From Eremomyces bilateralis CBS 781.70 (lineage: Eukaryota): a DNA stretch of 32,273 nucleotides. Where the stretch lies: NCBI GenBank assembly GCA_010015585.1, contig ML975197.1, one strand, 5' to 3'. The notes under the pieces are model-generated. The model was given only the letters and a program-made list of their open reading frames with translations. It ran no database searches and was not told the origin of the DNA. The number at the start of each line of letters is the position of its first letter. Position 1 is the stretch's first letter. The translations under genes and the position numbers were made by a program. Shown piece after piece: positions 10,716-20,864 of the stretch.

Positions 10716-10750
10716 GAGCTCTCACTCACAGTCGCGAGTGGGAAGCGAAT
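10706..10750 (+). promoter_or_regulatory. -1 programmed ribosomal frameshift signal
   Basis: Slippery heptamer G GGA AAC at 10706-10712 directly before the gag TAG, a 7-nt spacer, then stem TCTCACTC/GAGTGGGA. The -1 frame is open into the protease. Confidence 0.8.
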
Positions 10751-13700
10751 CAGTCGCGCTTAGCCACCTTATCCGAACCCGTTAGACTGAGACTAACCTG
10801 TATAATTACTCCTGAAAACAAAAACAAAAAAAACGAGAAAAACTCCTTAAAAGCAGGAAAACAACTGGAAGCCACTTGTCATATTTTTTCCCCCAGAACC
10901 CAATTGTACACTAGGAGTAGGAGTCTCTTCGACACCGGTGGATCCGGGACTGCTTTTGTCGATGCTTCGTGGATCCGCCAGCACAAGGTAGCAACCATTG
11001 CCTTAAAACGAAAGCACACGTTACACTACGCGGACGACGACTCGACGGCCAATATTACACATATGGCATTGGTGAGGTTCCGACACAGGGACCACTACGT
11101 TGAAGAATTGGCATATGTCACCAACCTTGGACGATTCGATTTGATTCTTGGGATGCCTTGGCTTGAGGACCACGACGCGAACATTGCTTGTAAAGACCGC
11201 ACTGTCACATTTGCCGGAGACGAGTGCCTCGGAAGGTGCCTACTTTCCCACAGACCTGTCAAGATACGCTGCCAAGGGGCCTCGAAGATCATAGAAGAGA
11301 TAGGAAACGACCCGAATGGTCCAGACATCGAATTCATCTCTGCATCAGCCTTTGTGAAAATGGCCTCCCGTCCCGATCATGTGGAGACAGCCCTCTGGCC
11401 ACAGGATTTCGAACGGCTAACCAACAATGCGACCAGCTCCAAGCCACCCGTTACTATGGACTTAGCAGCAGCTGCAGTCTCCGATGACTACAGCAAATTC
11501 TATGAGAAACTTAATCAGGAACCGATTTCGAAGGAATTACTCAAGAAGCTCATCCTACCGGATTTCCATGAATTTATCGACAGGTAGGACCCTAAGGAAG
11601 CATCCAAGCTCCTACCGAAGCGACCTAGAATTGACCATCAGATCAAACTTGACCCCTCTGCACCACCTCCAGCGAAACGCCTTTTCGGAGTGTCCAACAA
11701 GGACGCGGAGGTTGTGAAAGCTTATGTCGATAATATGCTTGGGAAAACCTACGTTCGAAAAAGCACGTCTCCGTACGCAGCCCCGGTCCTGGTTGTGAAG
11801 AAACCTGGAGGGGGACTACGGATTTGCATAGACTATCGATCTCTGAACGCAGTCACTATCCGGAACAGGAACGTGCCCCCCTTGATCAAGGAGACTTTGG
11901 CCAAGCTATGCTCAGCTCGATGGTTCACGAAACTCGATGTGATAGCAGCGTTCAATGAGATAAGGATGGCGGAAGAAGATATTGAAAAGACCGCATTCTT
12001 GACCAGATATGGACTATACGAATATGTCGTCATGCCCTTCGGATTGACAGGTGCCCCTGCAACGTGGCAAGCTTTCATCAATGACACGTTGAGGGAATAT
12101 CTGGATCTGTTTTGTACGGCTTATTTGGACGACATCCTGATCTACAGCACGAATAGAGAGGACCATGTCTCTCACGTTAAGGCAGCCTTGACCAAGCTCA
12201 GAGGCGCAGACATTTACCTCGACGTCCATAAGTGCTCTTTCTTCACCAAGGAAGTCACTTACCTAGGATTGATAGTCTCCACCGAAGGAATCAACATGGA
12301 CCCATCGAAAGTGAAATCGGTCCTAGATTGGCAAACACCTCGCAACCTGAAAGACGTACAGGCATTTATCGGCTTCTGCAACTTCTACCGACGATTCATC
12401 AAAGGATTCGCTAGCATAGCGGAACCGCTCACTACATTGACAAAGAAGGAGAATAGGGACACCAAGTACCCCTGGCCTGCTGATGGACCTGAAGATAGGG
12501 CATTTGAGAAGCTAAAGAAGGCCTTCACCACAGCTCCCGTTCTAGCACACTTTAACCCGGACAAACAGTCGTGGGTGGAAACTGATGCGTCCGACTATGT
12601 TACCGCCGCAGTTCTCTCCCAAGAGGACGAGGATGGGGTTTTGAAACCAATAGCGTTCCTGTCAAAACGCATGGCTCCGGCAGAAACGAACTACGAGATT
12701 TATGACAAGGAACTGCTCGCGATAGTTCGAGCATTTGAGGAATGGCACCCAGAGCTAGCAGGATCGCCAGTCGAACACCCCATTCAGGTACTCTCCGATC
12801 ATAAGAGTCTTGAATACTTTATGACAACGAAGCGGTTAAACCGAAGACAAGCAAGATGGGCTGAGTTCCTTGCGGAATTCAACTTTATCATCAAGTACAG
12901 ACCGGGACGACTTGGCACTAAACCGGACGCGTTGACAAGGAGACCAGGTGACCTTCCAGAAGATGAATCAGATCCTAGAATCACTTTGCAGCAGCAGGTG
13001 ATATTGAAGCCAGAGAAAGTCGATCTAGAGATACGCAGACAGGTGTCGTTGGCGACACTTTTGATTGATGACTTCTCTATGACAGTCAAAGACCTGGCTT
13101 TAGCCGTAAACGATTTCCACGAATCACTAAGACCTGATGACCCAATAGTCGCCACCGACACATTTCTAGACGATCAACAAGACGCCCCCTCAACTGATGA
13201 TCTTCGATCCAGAATCATATCGCTTAGCAAAACCGACTCAATCATCCAGATGTTGACGAAAGCCAAACGGAGAGGGGACCGAATAATTCCCCACGCTCTC
13301 CTACATACCCACAGGCTACGGATAGACCTTGCAGACTGCTCGGTCTGCGACGACGGGGTGTTGCTTGTGCGGGGGAGACCCTTTGTCCCAAACGATGAGA
13401 AGCTGAGAGTGGACATCTTGAAATTAGCGCACGACGCGCCGGTGAGCGGTCATTCTGGGAAGAACAATACCTACTCGAGACTAAGCAGACTCTATTACTG
13501 GCCAAAGATGACGGAAGACGTGACACGCTATGTGAAAGCCTGTCACAGGTGCAGGGTCACCAATGTGAACAGAGATGGCCACAAGGGCCTACTTCATCCC
13601 CTCCCAATTCCAGAGAGGTATTGGACGGATATCTCGGTCGATTTCATCGTTGAATTGCCTCCGTGTCTCTACAACGGCACCGAATTCAAGAACATCATGG

Positions 13701-14830
13701 TCGTCGTCGACAGACTCTCGAAAAAGAAGAAGTTCATCCAGATCAGATCGCTGGAAGTAGAAGACGTGGTCCAGGCATTTATTGAATATGTCTGGCGCGA
13801 GGAGGGATTCCCAAGGACTGTCGTCTCTGATAGAGGCAGTCAATTCGTCTCTCAGTTCTGGAAGAATCTCTGTAAGACCATTGGAGCGAAGCCGAAACTC
13901 TCTACCGCGCATCATCCAGAAACAGATGGACAGACTGAGTCAGCGAACGCTTCACTGAAACAGTTCCTGAGAACGTTTGTGAATTATAAGCAAAATGATT
14001 GGGTCACGTGGTTACCTATCGCCGAATTCGAATCAAACGCGTCACCGAATGCATCAACATCCGAATCACCTTTCGTACTCACCAAAGGTTACCTGCCACG
14101 CATGGGCATCGAAATGGACGAATCCCTCCGCACCTCTCAACCTGCCGTCAAGTTAGCTACGCAAATTCGTGACATTCAATTGAGAGTCCGGAAACAGCTA
14201 GAGTGGGCGCAAGCGCTGCAGAAGGAACACGCAGATAAACACAGACTGCCTGCTCCGCAGTTCAAAGTAGGTGATTGGGTCTACTTAGACACTCGGTACC
14301 TTAACTCAGCTCGACCTTCGAAATCACTCGATTTGAAGAACATTGGCCCGTTCCAGATTACTCGAGCGATCGATCACTTTGCTTATGAACTAGACCTCTC
14401 ATCGAACGCCCTCGAAGGAGTCCACCCTGTATTTCACCTATGGCTACTCCGACTCGATGACAGCAAGCCATTCGATGGCCAACGACCTCCAAGAGCAGAA
14501 GCCGAAAACCAAAATGACGACGGAACTCGGGCAGACTACGAAGTGAAAAAGGTAGTAGACTGTAGAATCGACAATAGAAGGAAGGACAAAGCGACAGGAT
14601 AGAAGGGCTGCATCATGTACCGAGTACAATATGAAGGATGGGACGCATGGAACGAAAAACCGAAATGGCAGCCATGGTGGGAACTCACGGGCGCGCCTGA
14701 TCGAGTGAGAGAATATCACGATGCACACAAGGACTCCCCTGCGTTATATCCATCTTTCTTCGACGAGGAAATTTGGCGTGACTTCGTCTACGCCCTTGCG
14801 ATTGATACGTTCCGACAATCGGAACAATGA
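10709..14830 (+). pseudogene. pol: Pol polyprotein (protease, RT, RNase H, integrase, chromodomain) with in-frame TAG at 11585-11587 and 14600-14602
   Basis: LFDTGGSG (protease); LRICIDYR and YLDDILIYS (RT); ETDASD and YDKELLAIV (RNase H); HHCC, ISVDFI, VSDRGSQF, TDGQTE and GPF (integrase); YEVKKVVD...YRVQYEGW...WQP (chromodomain). All in one frame. Confidence 0.94.
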
Positions 14831-15003
14831 GATGCGATGGACTGAAGCAGACGCTAGAACCGCTCTGCCGACCAAGGTACCGGCCTAGATGATAGCGGGA
14901 CACCTTCTCGACCACTCTGACGAGACGAGGCATCTAGACGAGGAGCTACTGAATAATCGTCTGGAGAGGCCTATCTCAAGACTCAGAGGACTTCGCGTGT
15001 TTT

Positions 15004-15016
15004 GAGGAGGGGGTAG
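15004..15016 (+). promoter_or_regulatory. Polypurine tract
   Basis: GAGGAGGGGGTAG directly before the 3' LTR. Confidence 0.85.
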
Positions 15017-15212
15017 TGTGAAGGATCGAAGACTGAATTCAGTCTGATGCCTTGGGGCCTTGGGATGTGGAGGCCTTACGGCCTCACGATGTGTTGTGGT
15101 CACCCCAAGGCCTACTGAATATTTCCCCTCACACTTAGATCTCCCTTTCCCCTTTGTAGATTGATTCTAGTATATCACGAATCACAGAGTTTTGCCTCAT
15201 TCTTCGTGCCCT
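15017..15212 (+). repeat. 3' LTR lacking its last 4 bp (GACA)
   Basis: Identity to the 5' LTR ends at ...GTGCCCT, followed by AAACTAAA. No target-site duplication of the left flank (ATATC). Confidence 0.93.
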
Positions 15213-15980
15213 AAACTAAATCGTGCAAAGAAGTGTTGGTAGACTTCTTTGGAGTTGTATGAGGGACAAAACCTCAGGGTTTAAATTTACAGAGTAGACT
15301 TCTTTGGAAGTTTGAGCCATAGAACACTTCCCTGAACATGGTTTAATTACTATAAAAACCGATACAAAAGAATCACACCTCTTACTTCTACCAGCTCTAT
15401 CAGTTTCTAGATAAAAAAACCAAAATTCTATGAGATATCGATGGTTGAAGTTGTTGGCGATTTTGATGGGGTAAGGTTAGCTAGGTGGCCATGTAACGGT
15501 ATGTAGGCCTCAGGCATTCAGGCCAACATCAGATATTAGCTCACACAACTGTCACGGTCGCACTTTTTCGTGCTTCAAGGCGTCGAGAGATTACTGCCTT
15601 ATAGCCTGACGATCACAGGACAGTCGCATGTATTGAGAGGTAAAAAGCAAATAACCACTGCGGCAAGAGACACATGTAGATCAGATTCCTCTTTCGTTTC
15701 TATTTCCTTTCCCTTTCTTTATCATTCGTTTCATTGAATGTAAGCTACTTTACCATCGTGATCCATCTCTATGGTCCTCTATAATAGCACTGTAACACAA
15801 AGTGAGTTAGATTTAGTTGCTTAGATCTATTGTAGATGAAAATATAGCTAATATAATCATAGTCGATCAAATCTAGAGTCGTTTTAATCCTGAATCCACC
15901 CGATCCCGAACCAAGCCGATCTAACCACACATAAGCCCCCAAACCGCTCTAAACCCGTCAATACAATCCTCACCAGTGAC

Positions 15981-18900
15981 ATGAATCCAGAGGCGTATTT
16001 CACCCGGATCCGTGAATATGGGTTAATTGTATGCAAAGAGTGTCGGTACTGCGTATGGCCACAGGATATCCGAGGCCATTTAAAGGGAGAACATCATAAA
16101 GCGAAGAAAGAGGTAGTCGATGCGATAGATACGGTCGTCCAACGATGGCGGGGATTAGTCCGGGATCCTATAGAGTTTCTAGTCCCCCAGGCGGTCGCTG
16201 AACCGTTCGAGGCGTTACCATTGTTCGAGGATGGGTTAATGTGTCGGTTACCGGTTAACAACGAATCTATCGATGTGGTATGTGGGAAGGTTTCCCGTAA
16301 CCGTAAGGCATTGATCACTCACTGGCGGACCGTCCACGATTGGACTATGACCAAGAAGCGAGGACAAGGACAGGGCGGTGGACAGACCAACGAGGGGAAA
16401 ATCGCTGTACAACGGCGATTTAACAACGCAGTCGAGAAGGTGTTATGCCAACGATTTTTCACAAGCCGCCATTGTTCACAGTATTTCCGCATCGCCCCAC
16501 GCATACCAGGGCAGATGCCCCAAGAGCGAATCGACTCGTGGAAACGCATTCAACAGATGGCGGAGGAGAAGTTCCAGGGGATCGAAAAGCGTATTCGAAC
16601 AAATATTGAGGCTGGGGAGAAGGATGAGCCGAATCCATGGTTAGCGTGCAGTGGATGGCACAAGTATTTAGGCGATTTAGACCGGGAGGATCTGATGGCG
16701 TCGGTGGCGAAGCCTGGCGATGGTGGGAAGGATGCCGACCCATTAGAGCAAGTCGTATGGAAGGCTATGACCGATGTTGTCCGGATCAGCCAAGAAACGG
16801 TATCGAAAACCGGCATGTTCATCCGGTTGGAAGCTGTTCGGACAGAGGAGCATCAGACGAAATATGTGCCGTTAGAGATCTATTGGGATCCAGATTCCAT
16901 CGACCGACGAGCACAGCCATGGAGACAGATATTGATGTTTTTCATCCGAACCCAAAAACAGCACGAATGGGAGAGTCCAGCGTACAAGTTCACCCAGGCG
17001 CAGATGCAGGCGTTTGTCCGGTTAATAGCGGAGGCCGAGAAAGTACAGGACGAAACGGAGGAGAGAGAAGAGGACGACAACGACGACGACGACGACAACG
17101 ACGACGACGAACCACGTCCTGACAAGAGCGACGAGTTCCCTACGATGACACCCGTTCAAACAGCATGCTTAGAGTTTTGCATCCAGTTATTGAACCACAA
17201 AGTCATGCGGAACGAGTACGAAAGTGCGTTGGTATGCGTATTAGCTGTATTGGGCGTTAATGGCGACACATGGAGGGATCCGGAGACATATCCACCTATC
17301 CTGTCGTCTATCATCAAGTGTGCTCGGTTTATGGTTATCCAGAAAGCTGTGAATATGGCCGGTCCCCCAGACGAGCCAGATGGATATCGACAAGGGTCGG
17401 TTATCGATTTCGAGGGTAGTAATAGCGAGTACGAAAGCGGCAACCGGTCCCCATCCCTAGGAGCATCCCCAGCGGCATCCCTAGGAACATCCCCACCCGA
17501 AAGGTCGTCCCAGACATCCCCTAAAACCGCAATATTCCCATGGTCTAGCCCACCCGTTCGGTTAGTCCGATCGAGCCGCCAATCAGACGAGCCGGACTGT
17601 TTAGAATGGGTTAACCGGATGATGGATGGGTTCATGGTTCGCGGTAGCAAAAGTCCTATGCAATGGATGTTGAATTTGCGCACGTATGGGCTGAAGATCC
17701 ATTATAACACAACCGCTCGCGGCCATGTGGAGTGGAACGATGGCGAGACGTTACTGTACAAGGGCACTCAGTTCAGTATGGCCCAGTTCCGCGGTATGAT
17801 CCACGGAATACTGTTCGAGACGCGCCAAATCATGGCTGAATTATTATTTTGTACTGACGGAGTGGGAGACATGCCCATCGTCCCATGGGAGCTATTGCGC
17901 GACGACCCGACCAATGGACGCCCCGGATGGAACTTTTTACAGGACCAACGGACTCGATTCCCTGTGAATGGAGAGACATGGCTGTTTGACCGAATTGGTA
18001 AGCACGAGGCAATGCGGCGGGAATTTGAGCGACCTGATAGCGAGAGCGGTGTCCGCCGGAAGGGAGTGAACGATTATATGACCAAGCTGTCACGGTTTCG
18101 CGAGAAGTTGCTAGTATTGATGCACATTACTGGCGGACAGCCTGCAAGAGGGACTGAGCTATTGAGCATTCGACATCAGAATACCGCTAAAGGGGCCCAT
18201 CGGAACGTTTTCATTGAGGACGGTATGGTCGTGTTTGTAACCCAATACCACAAGGGATACGCTATTAGTGGCAACGTCAAGATTATCCATCGGTATGTGC
18301 CACGGGAGGTCGGCGAGTTGGTGGTCCGGTATTTGTGGTTGGTATTACCGTTCCAGCAGCGCATGCAGTCGTTGATCGATGGCCATATCCCGTCCCCAGC
18401 CCATATGTGGCCTAAGCAGCAGTATCGGCAGTCGTGGACGTCGGAACGGATGGCCACGGTATTGCGGCGCGAGACGGAGATCGGATTGGGGCATCGAATA
18501 GGCATTATGGATTACCGGAACGTTGCTATTGGGATTAGTCGACGATTCATGCGCGCGCCGACTGCGTTCCAGCAAGACGACGAGGAAACTCCCGATCCTG
18601 AGCAAGCCGAGGCAGAGATTGCGGATCTACAGGCAGGCCATTCCACGCATGTGGCTGGAATGGTGTATTCCCGCGGTATCATAGAGATGGCCGGCGCGGT
18701 AGCCGACACACGGATGCGGTTCCGAGGATCTAGCGTCGATTGGCATCGGTTTTTGGGTTTCGAGAGCGCCCAGGAGCCGAGAGGGAGCTCTAAACGACGG
18801 TGCCTATTCGAAGACGACGCTAACGAGGCGCGGTTCGAGCGATGGGCGCGAATACGGAGGATGAACGCCGCCGAGCAGTTCCAGCGTATGATGGGGAGGG

Positions 18901-20774
18901 AGGCTACGTTCCGGGGGGTCCAACAGGAAGCCATCGAGGCGATTCAAGCCGGGGTTAGCCCCGTAATATCGATCATGCCCACCGGGTCTGGCAAGTCGGT
19001 ATTATTTATGTTACCAGCATGGGTCGAGCCGGGAGGGACGACCATTATCGTTGTACCATTGGTCGCATTGCGCAAGGACATGAAACGACGATGCAAGAAG
19101 CTAGGGATCGGATGCGCCGAATGGAACGGTCGTAGGCCACCCGATGCCGAAAGCATTGTGCTGGTGACGCCAGAGTCGGCCGTGTCCGGGGAATTCCAGA
19201 CGTTCATTAACCGGTTGAAAGCGACGAGGCGGTTAGATCGGATCGTGATCGACGAGTGCCACGTCATATTGAACGATCAAACTGGTTTCCGGCCCATATT
19301 GCAAAGGTTAGGGTCGTTAGTAGCCGCCGAGACGCAGATGGTGCTATTGACGGCCACGTTGCCACCTAGCAAGGAGAGGGTACTACGGGAGCGTATGCAT
19401 TGGCAGGACGAAGGCGTCGTGATTCGAATGCCCACCGTCCGGACGAATATCCGGTATTCAGTGGCTTCAGTAGACCCCCGGGCTAGGCAGGAGGACCAGG
19501 ACGCCGTGATCGAAGCGTTGGTGGACCAGGAGGACGGTAAGGTGGTGGTATATTGTAATTCCCGATCCCGGGTCGAGCGGTTAGCACGAAGCGGGTTAGG
19601 CGTCTGCGAGGCGTTCCATGCGGGTTTACCAGACAAGAAAAAGGCGGAGGTTTTAGAGGAATTTCGTACTGGAGAGATCCGCATCGTCGTGGCTACTAGT
19701 GCGTTAGGGATAGGGGTCGATATTCCCGATATCCGGCTAATTATTCATGCCGATGTGCCACGGAATTTGATAGATTTCGCACAGGAAAGCGGACGAGCGG
19801 GACGGGACGGACAGCCCAGTCGATCGATCGTTGTCGGGAATTCCAGTAAGGATGAGTTAGTGCAGCGGTTTTTACGAAGTGATGGAGGGTGTCGGCGGAT
19901 AGTGCTCGACGAGTACTTAGATGGGCACCAGGGGCGACGTAGATGTGAAGGAGCGGAGGCATGCGATTTATGTCGGCCCGGTCATCAATCCATAGACGGC
20001 GAATCGGTAGAGGCGTTAAGCGAGACAATCGATGCATTCGAAGAGTCCAATGCGTTGGGAGAGCCGGGACATGTTCAAGGATCGAGAGAAGTCGACGTGG
20101 GAGAGGAAGAACGACCTATAAACGAACATGATCCCCCAGACGGCGAATCGACGGACGACGACGAATCGACGGATGACGACGAATCGATAGATAGCGAATC
20201 AACGGAGGAAGCCAATTTCGCGATACAATTCGATCAGCAGCAGAGGGAGTTAGCAGCGATCCGCCGACGAGCGGTCCAGGCACGACAGGACGAGGCACTA
20301 GGAGTGGATGAATTGCAACAGCGATTGGACGAATGGCTGGGCGTATGTGTGGTATGTCGCAGGCACGATCACGTCGTTACGGCATGTCCACAGGTCGAAG
20401 CACAGGAGGCACGAGTAGAGATCGACCGGCGACGAACCAGAATCCGATACGCGGCATATTCGTGTTGTTTCCAGTGCGGGGTAGCGCAGGCACTATGCGA
20501 GCGGTATACGGCGGATGAAAACGGACGATGGAGGACGACGGGGAAGAGGTGTCAGTATTTTGGAGTGGTCAAGGCGGTGGTTTGGGGGCTACGGTGGATC
20601 GATCCAGGGGTATACCAGGAGTGGATATCGCGGTTAGACGGGTTCGGCGTTAGCATTAGTTCCGAAGTAGCTATTGACGAGTATTTAGCGAGGCGCGAAT
20701 ACAAGAGCGGGATTGAAGGGGGGAGTTTGATGTGGGAGTTTGGCTGGATTGCGGGGCGGTTAGCAGGTCGATAG
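15981..20774 (+). CDS. TLH: Telomere-linked RecQ-family helicase (TLH-like), 1597 aa: N-terminal Zn-finger region, central putative tyrosine-recombinase domain, RecQ core, C-terminal Cys clusters
   Basis: Single uninterrupted ORF. FRGVQQEAI (motif 0), MPTGSGKS (I), VIDECH (II), LTAT (III), ATSALGIGVD (V), QESGRAGRDG (VI), CRR...CDLC Zn site. N-terminal CKEC...HLKGEHH and C...C...HWRTVH...QRFF (DUF3505-like from recall). Confidence 0.9.
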   Translation: MNPEAYFTRIREYGLIVCKECRYCVWPQDIRGHLKGEHHKAKKEVVDAIDTVVQRWRGLVRDPIEFLVPQAVAEPFEALPLFEDGLMCRLPVNNESIDVVCGKVSRNRKALITHWRTVHDWTMTKKRGQGQGGGQTNEGKIAVQRRFNNAVEKVLCQRFFTSRHCSQYFRIAPRIPGQMPQERIDSWKRIQQMAEEKFQGIEKRIRTNIEAGEKDEPNPWLACSGWHKYLGDLDREDLMASVAKPGDGGKDADPLEQVVWKAMTDVVRISQETVSKTGMFIRLEAVRTEEHQTKYVPLEIYWDPDSIDRRAQPWRQILMFFIRTQKQHEWESPAYKFTQAQMQAFVRLIAEAEKVQDETEEREEDDNDDDDDNDDDEPRPDKSDEFPTMTPVQTACLEFCIQLLNHKVMRNEYESALVCVLAVLGVNGDTWRDPETYPPILSSIIKCARFMVIQKAVNMAGPPDEPDGYRQGSVIDFEGSNSEYESGNRSPSLGASPAASLGTSPPERSSQTSPKTAIFPWSSPPVRLVRSSRQSDEPDCLEWVNRMMDGFMVRGSKSPMQWMLNLRTYGLKIHYNTTARGHVEWNDGETLLYKGTQFSMAQFRGMIHGILFETRQIMAELLFCTDGVGDMPIVPWELLRDDPTNGRPGWNFLQDQRTRFPVNGETWLFDRIGKHEAMRREFERPDSESGVRRKGVNDYMTKLSRFREKLLVLMHITGGQPARGTELLSIRHQNTAKGAHRNVFIEDGMVVFVTQYHKGYAISGNVKIIHRYVPREVGELVVRYLWLVLPFQQRMQSLIDGHIPSPAHMWPKQQYRQSWTSERMATVLRRETEIGLGHRIGIMDYRNVAIGISRRFMRAPTAFQQDDEETPDPEQAEAEIADLQAGHSTHVAGMVYSRGIIEMAGAVADTRMRFRGSSVDWHRFLGFESAQEPRGSSKRRCLFEDDANEARFERWARIRRMNAAEQFQRMMGREATFRGVQQEAIEAIQAGVSPVISIMPTGSGKSVLFMLPAWVEPGGTTIIVVPLVALRKDMKRRCKKLGIGCAEWNGRRPPDAESIVLVTPESAVSGEFQTFINRLKATRRLDRIVIDECHVILNDQTGFRPILQRLGSLVAAETQMVLLTATLPPSKERVLRERMHWQDEGVVIRMPTVRTNIRYSVASVDPRARQEDQDAVIEALVDQEDGKVVVYCNSRSRVERLARSGLGVCEAFHAGLPDKKKAEVLEEFRTGEIRIVVATSALGIGVDIPDIRLIIHADVPRNLIDFAQESGRAGRDGQPSRSIVVGNSSKDELVQRFLRSDGGCRRIVLDEYLDGHQGRRRCEGAEACDLCRPGHQSIDGESVEALSETIDAFEESNALGEPGHVQGSREVDVGEEERPINEHDPPDGESTDDDESTDDDESIDSESTEEANFAIQFDQQQRELAAIRRRAVQARQDEALGVDELQQRLDEWLGVCVVCRRHDHVVTACPQVEAQEARVEIDRRRTRIRYAAYSCCFQCGVAQALCERYTADENGRWRTTGKRCQYFGVVKAVVWGLRWIDPGVYQEWISRLDGFGVSISSEVAIDEYLARREYKSGIEGGSLMWEFGWIAGRLAGR

Positions 20775-20864
20775 GAAGATCAATCCAATGATTTTTAGCG
20801 AAGACGATTAGCGACCTAGTAATAAGTAATGATTTATATATGGAGCGACTTCAGTCGATATCAG

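Larger units (their letters stand above)
8598..15212 (+). mobile_element. Ty3/Gypsy chromovirus LTR retrotransposon (Tf1/sushi-like group), nearly full length but inactivated
   Basis: Two LTRs, PBS, gag, pol in PR-RT-RH-IN-chromodomain order, PPT. Confidence 0.96.

Noticed and set aside
7164..14602. TAG codon reassignment or readthrough as an explanation for the in-frame stops
   Set aside because: TAG is the natural terminator of the transposase, LINE ORF1, gag and helicase here, and RIP-type mutation explains the pattern more simply.
15890..15980. C/A-rich stretch with CTAACC and CTAAACCC motifs before the helicase ATG as a telomere relic
   Set aside because: There is no tandem CCCTAA run, and it is compatible with an ordinary 5' UTR.
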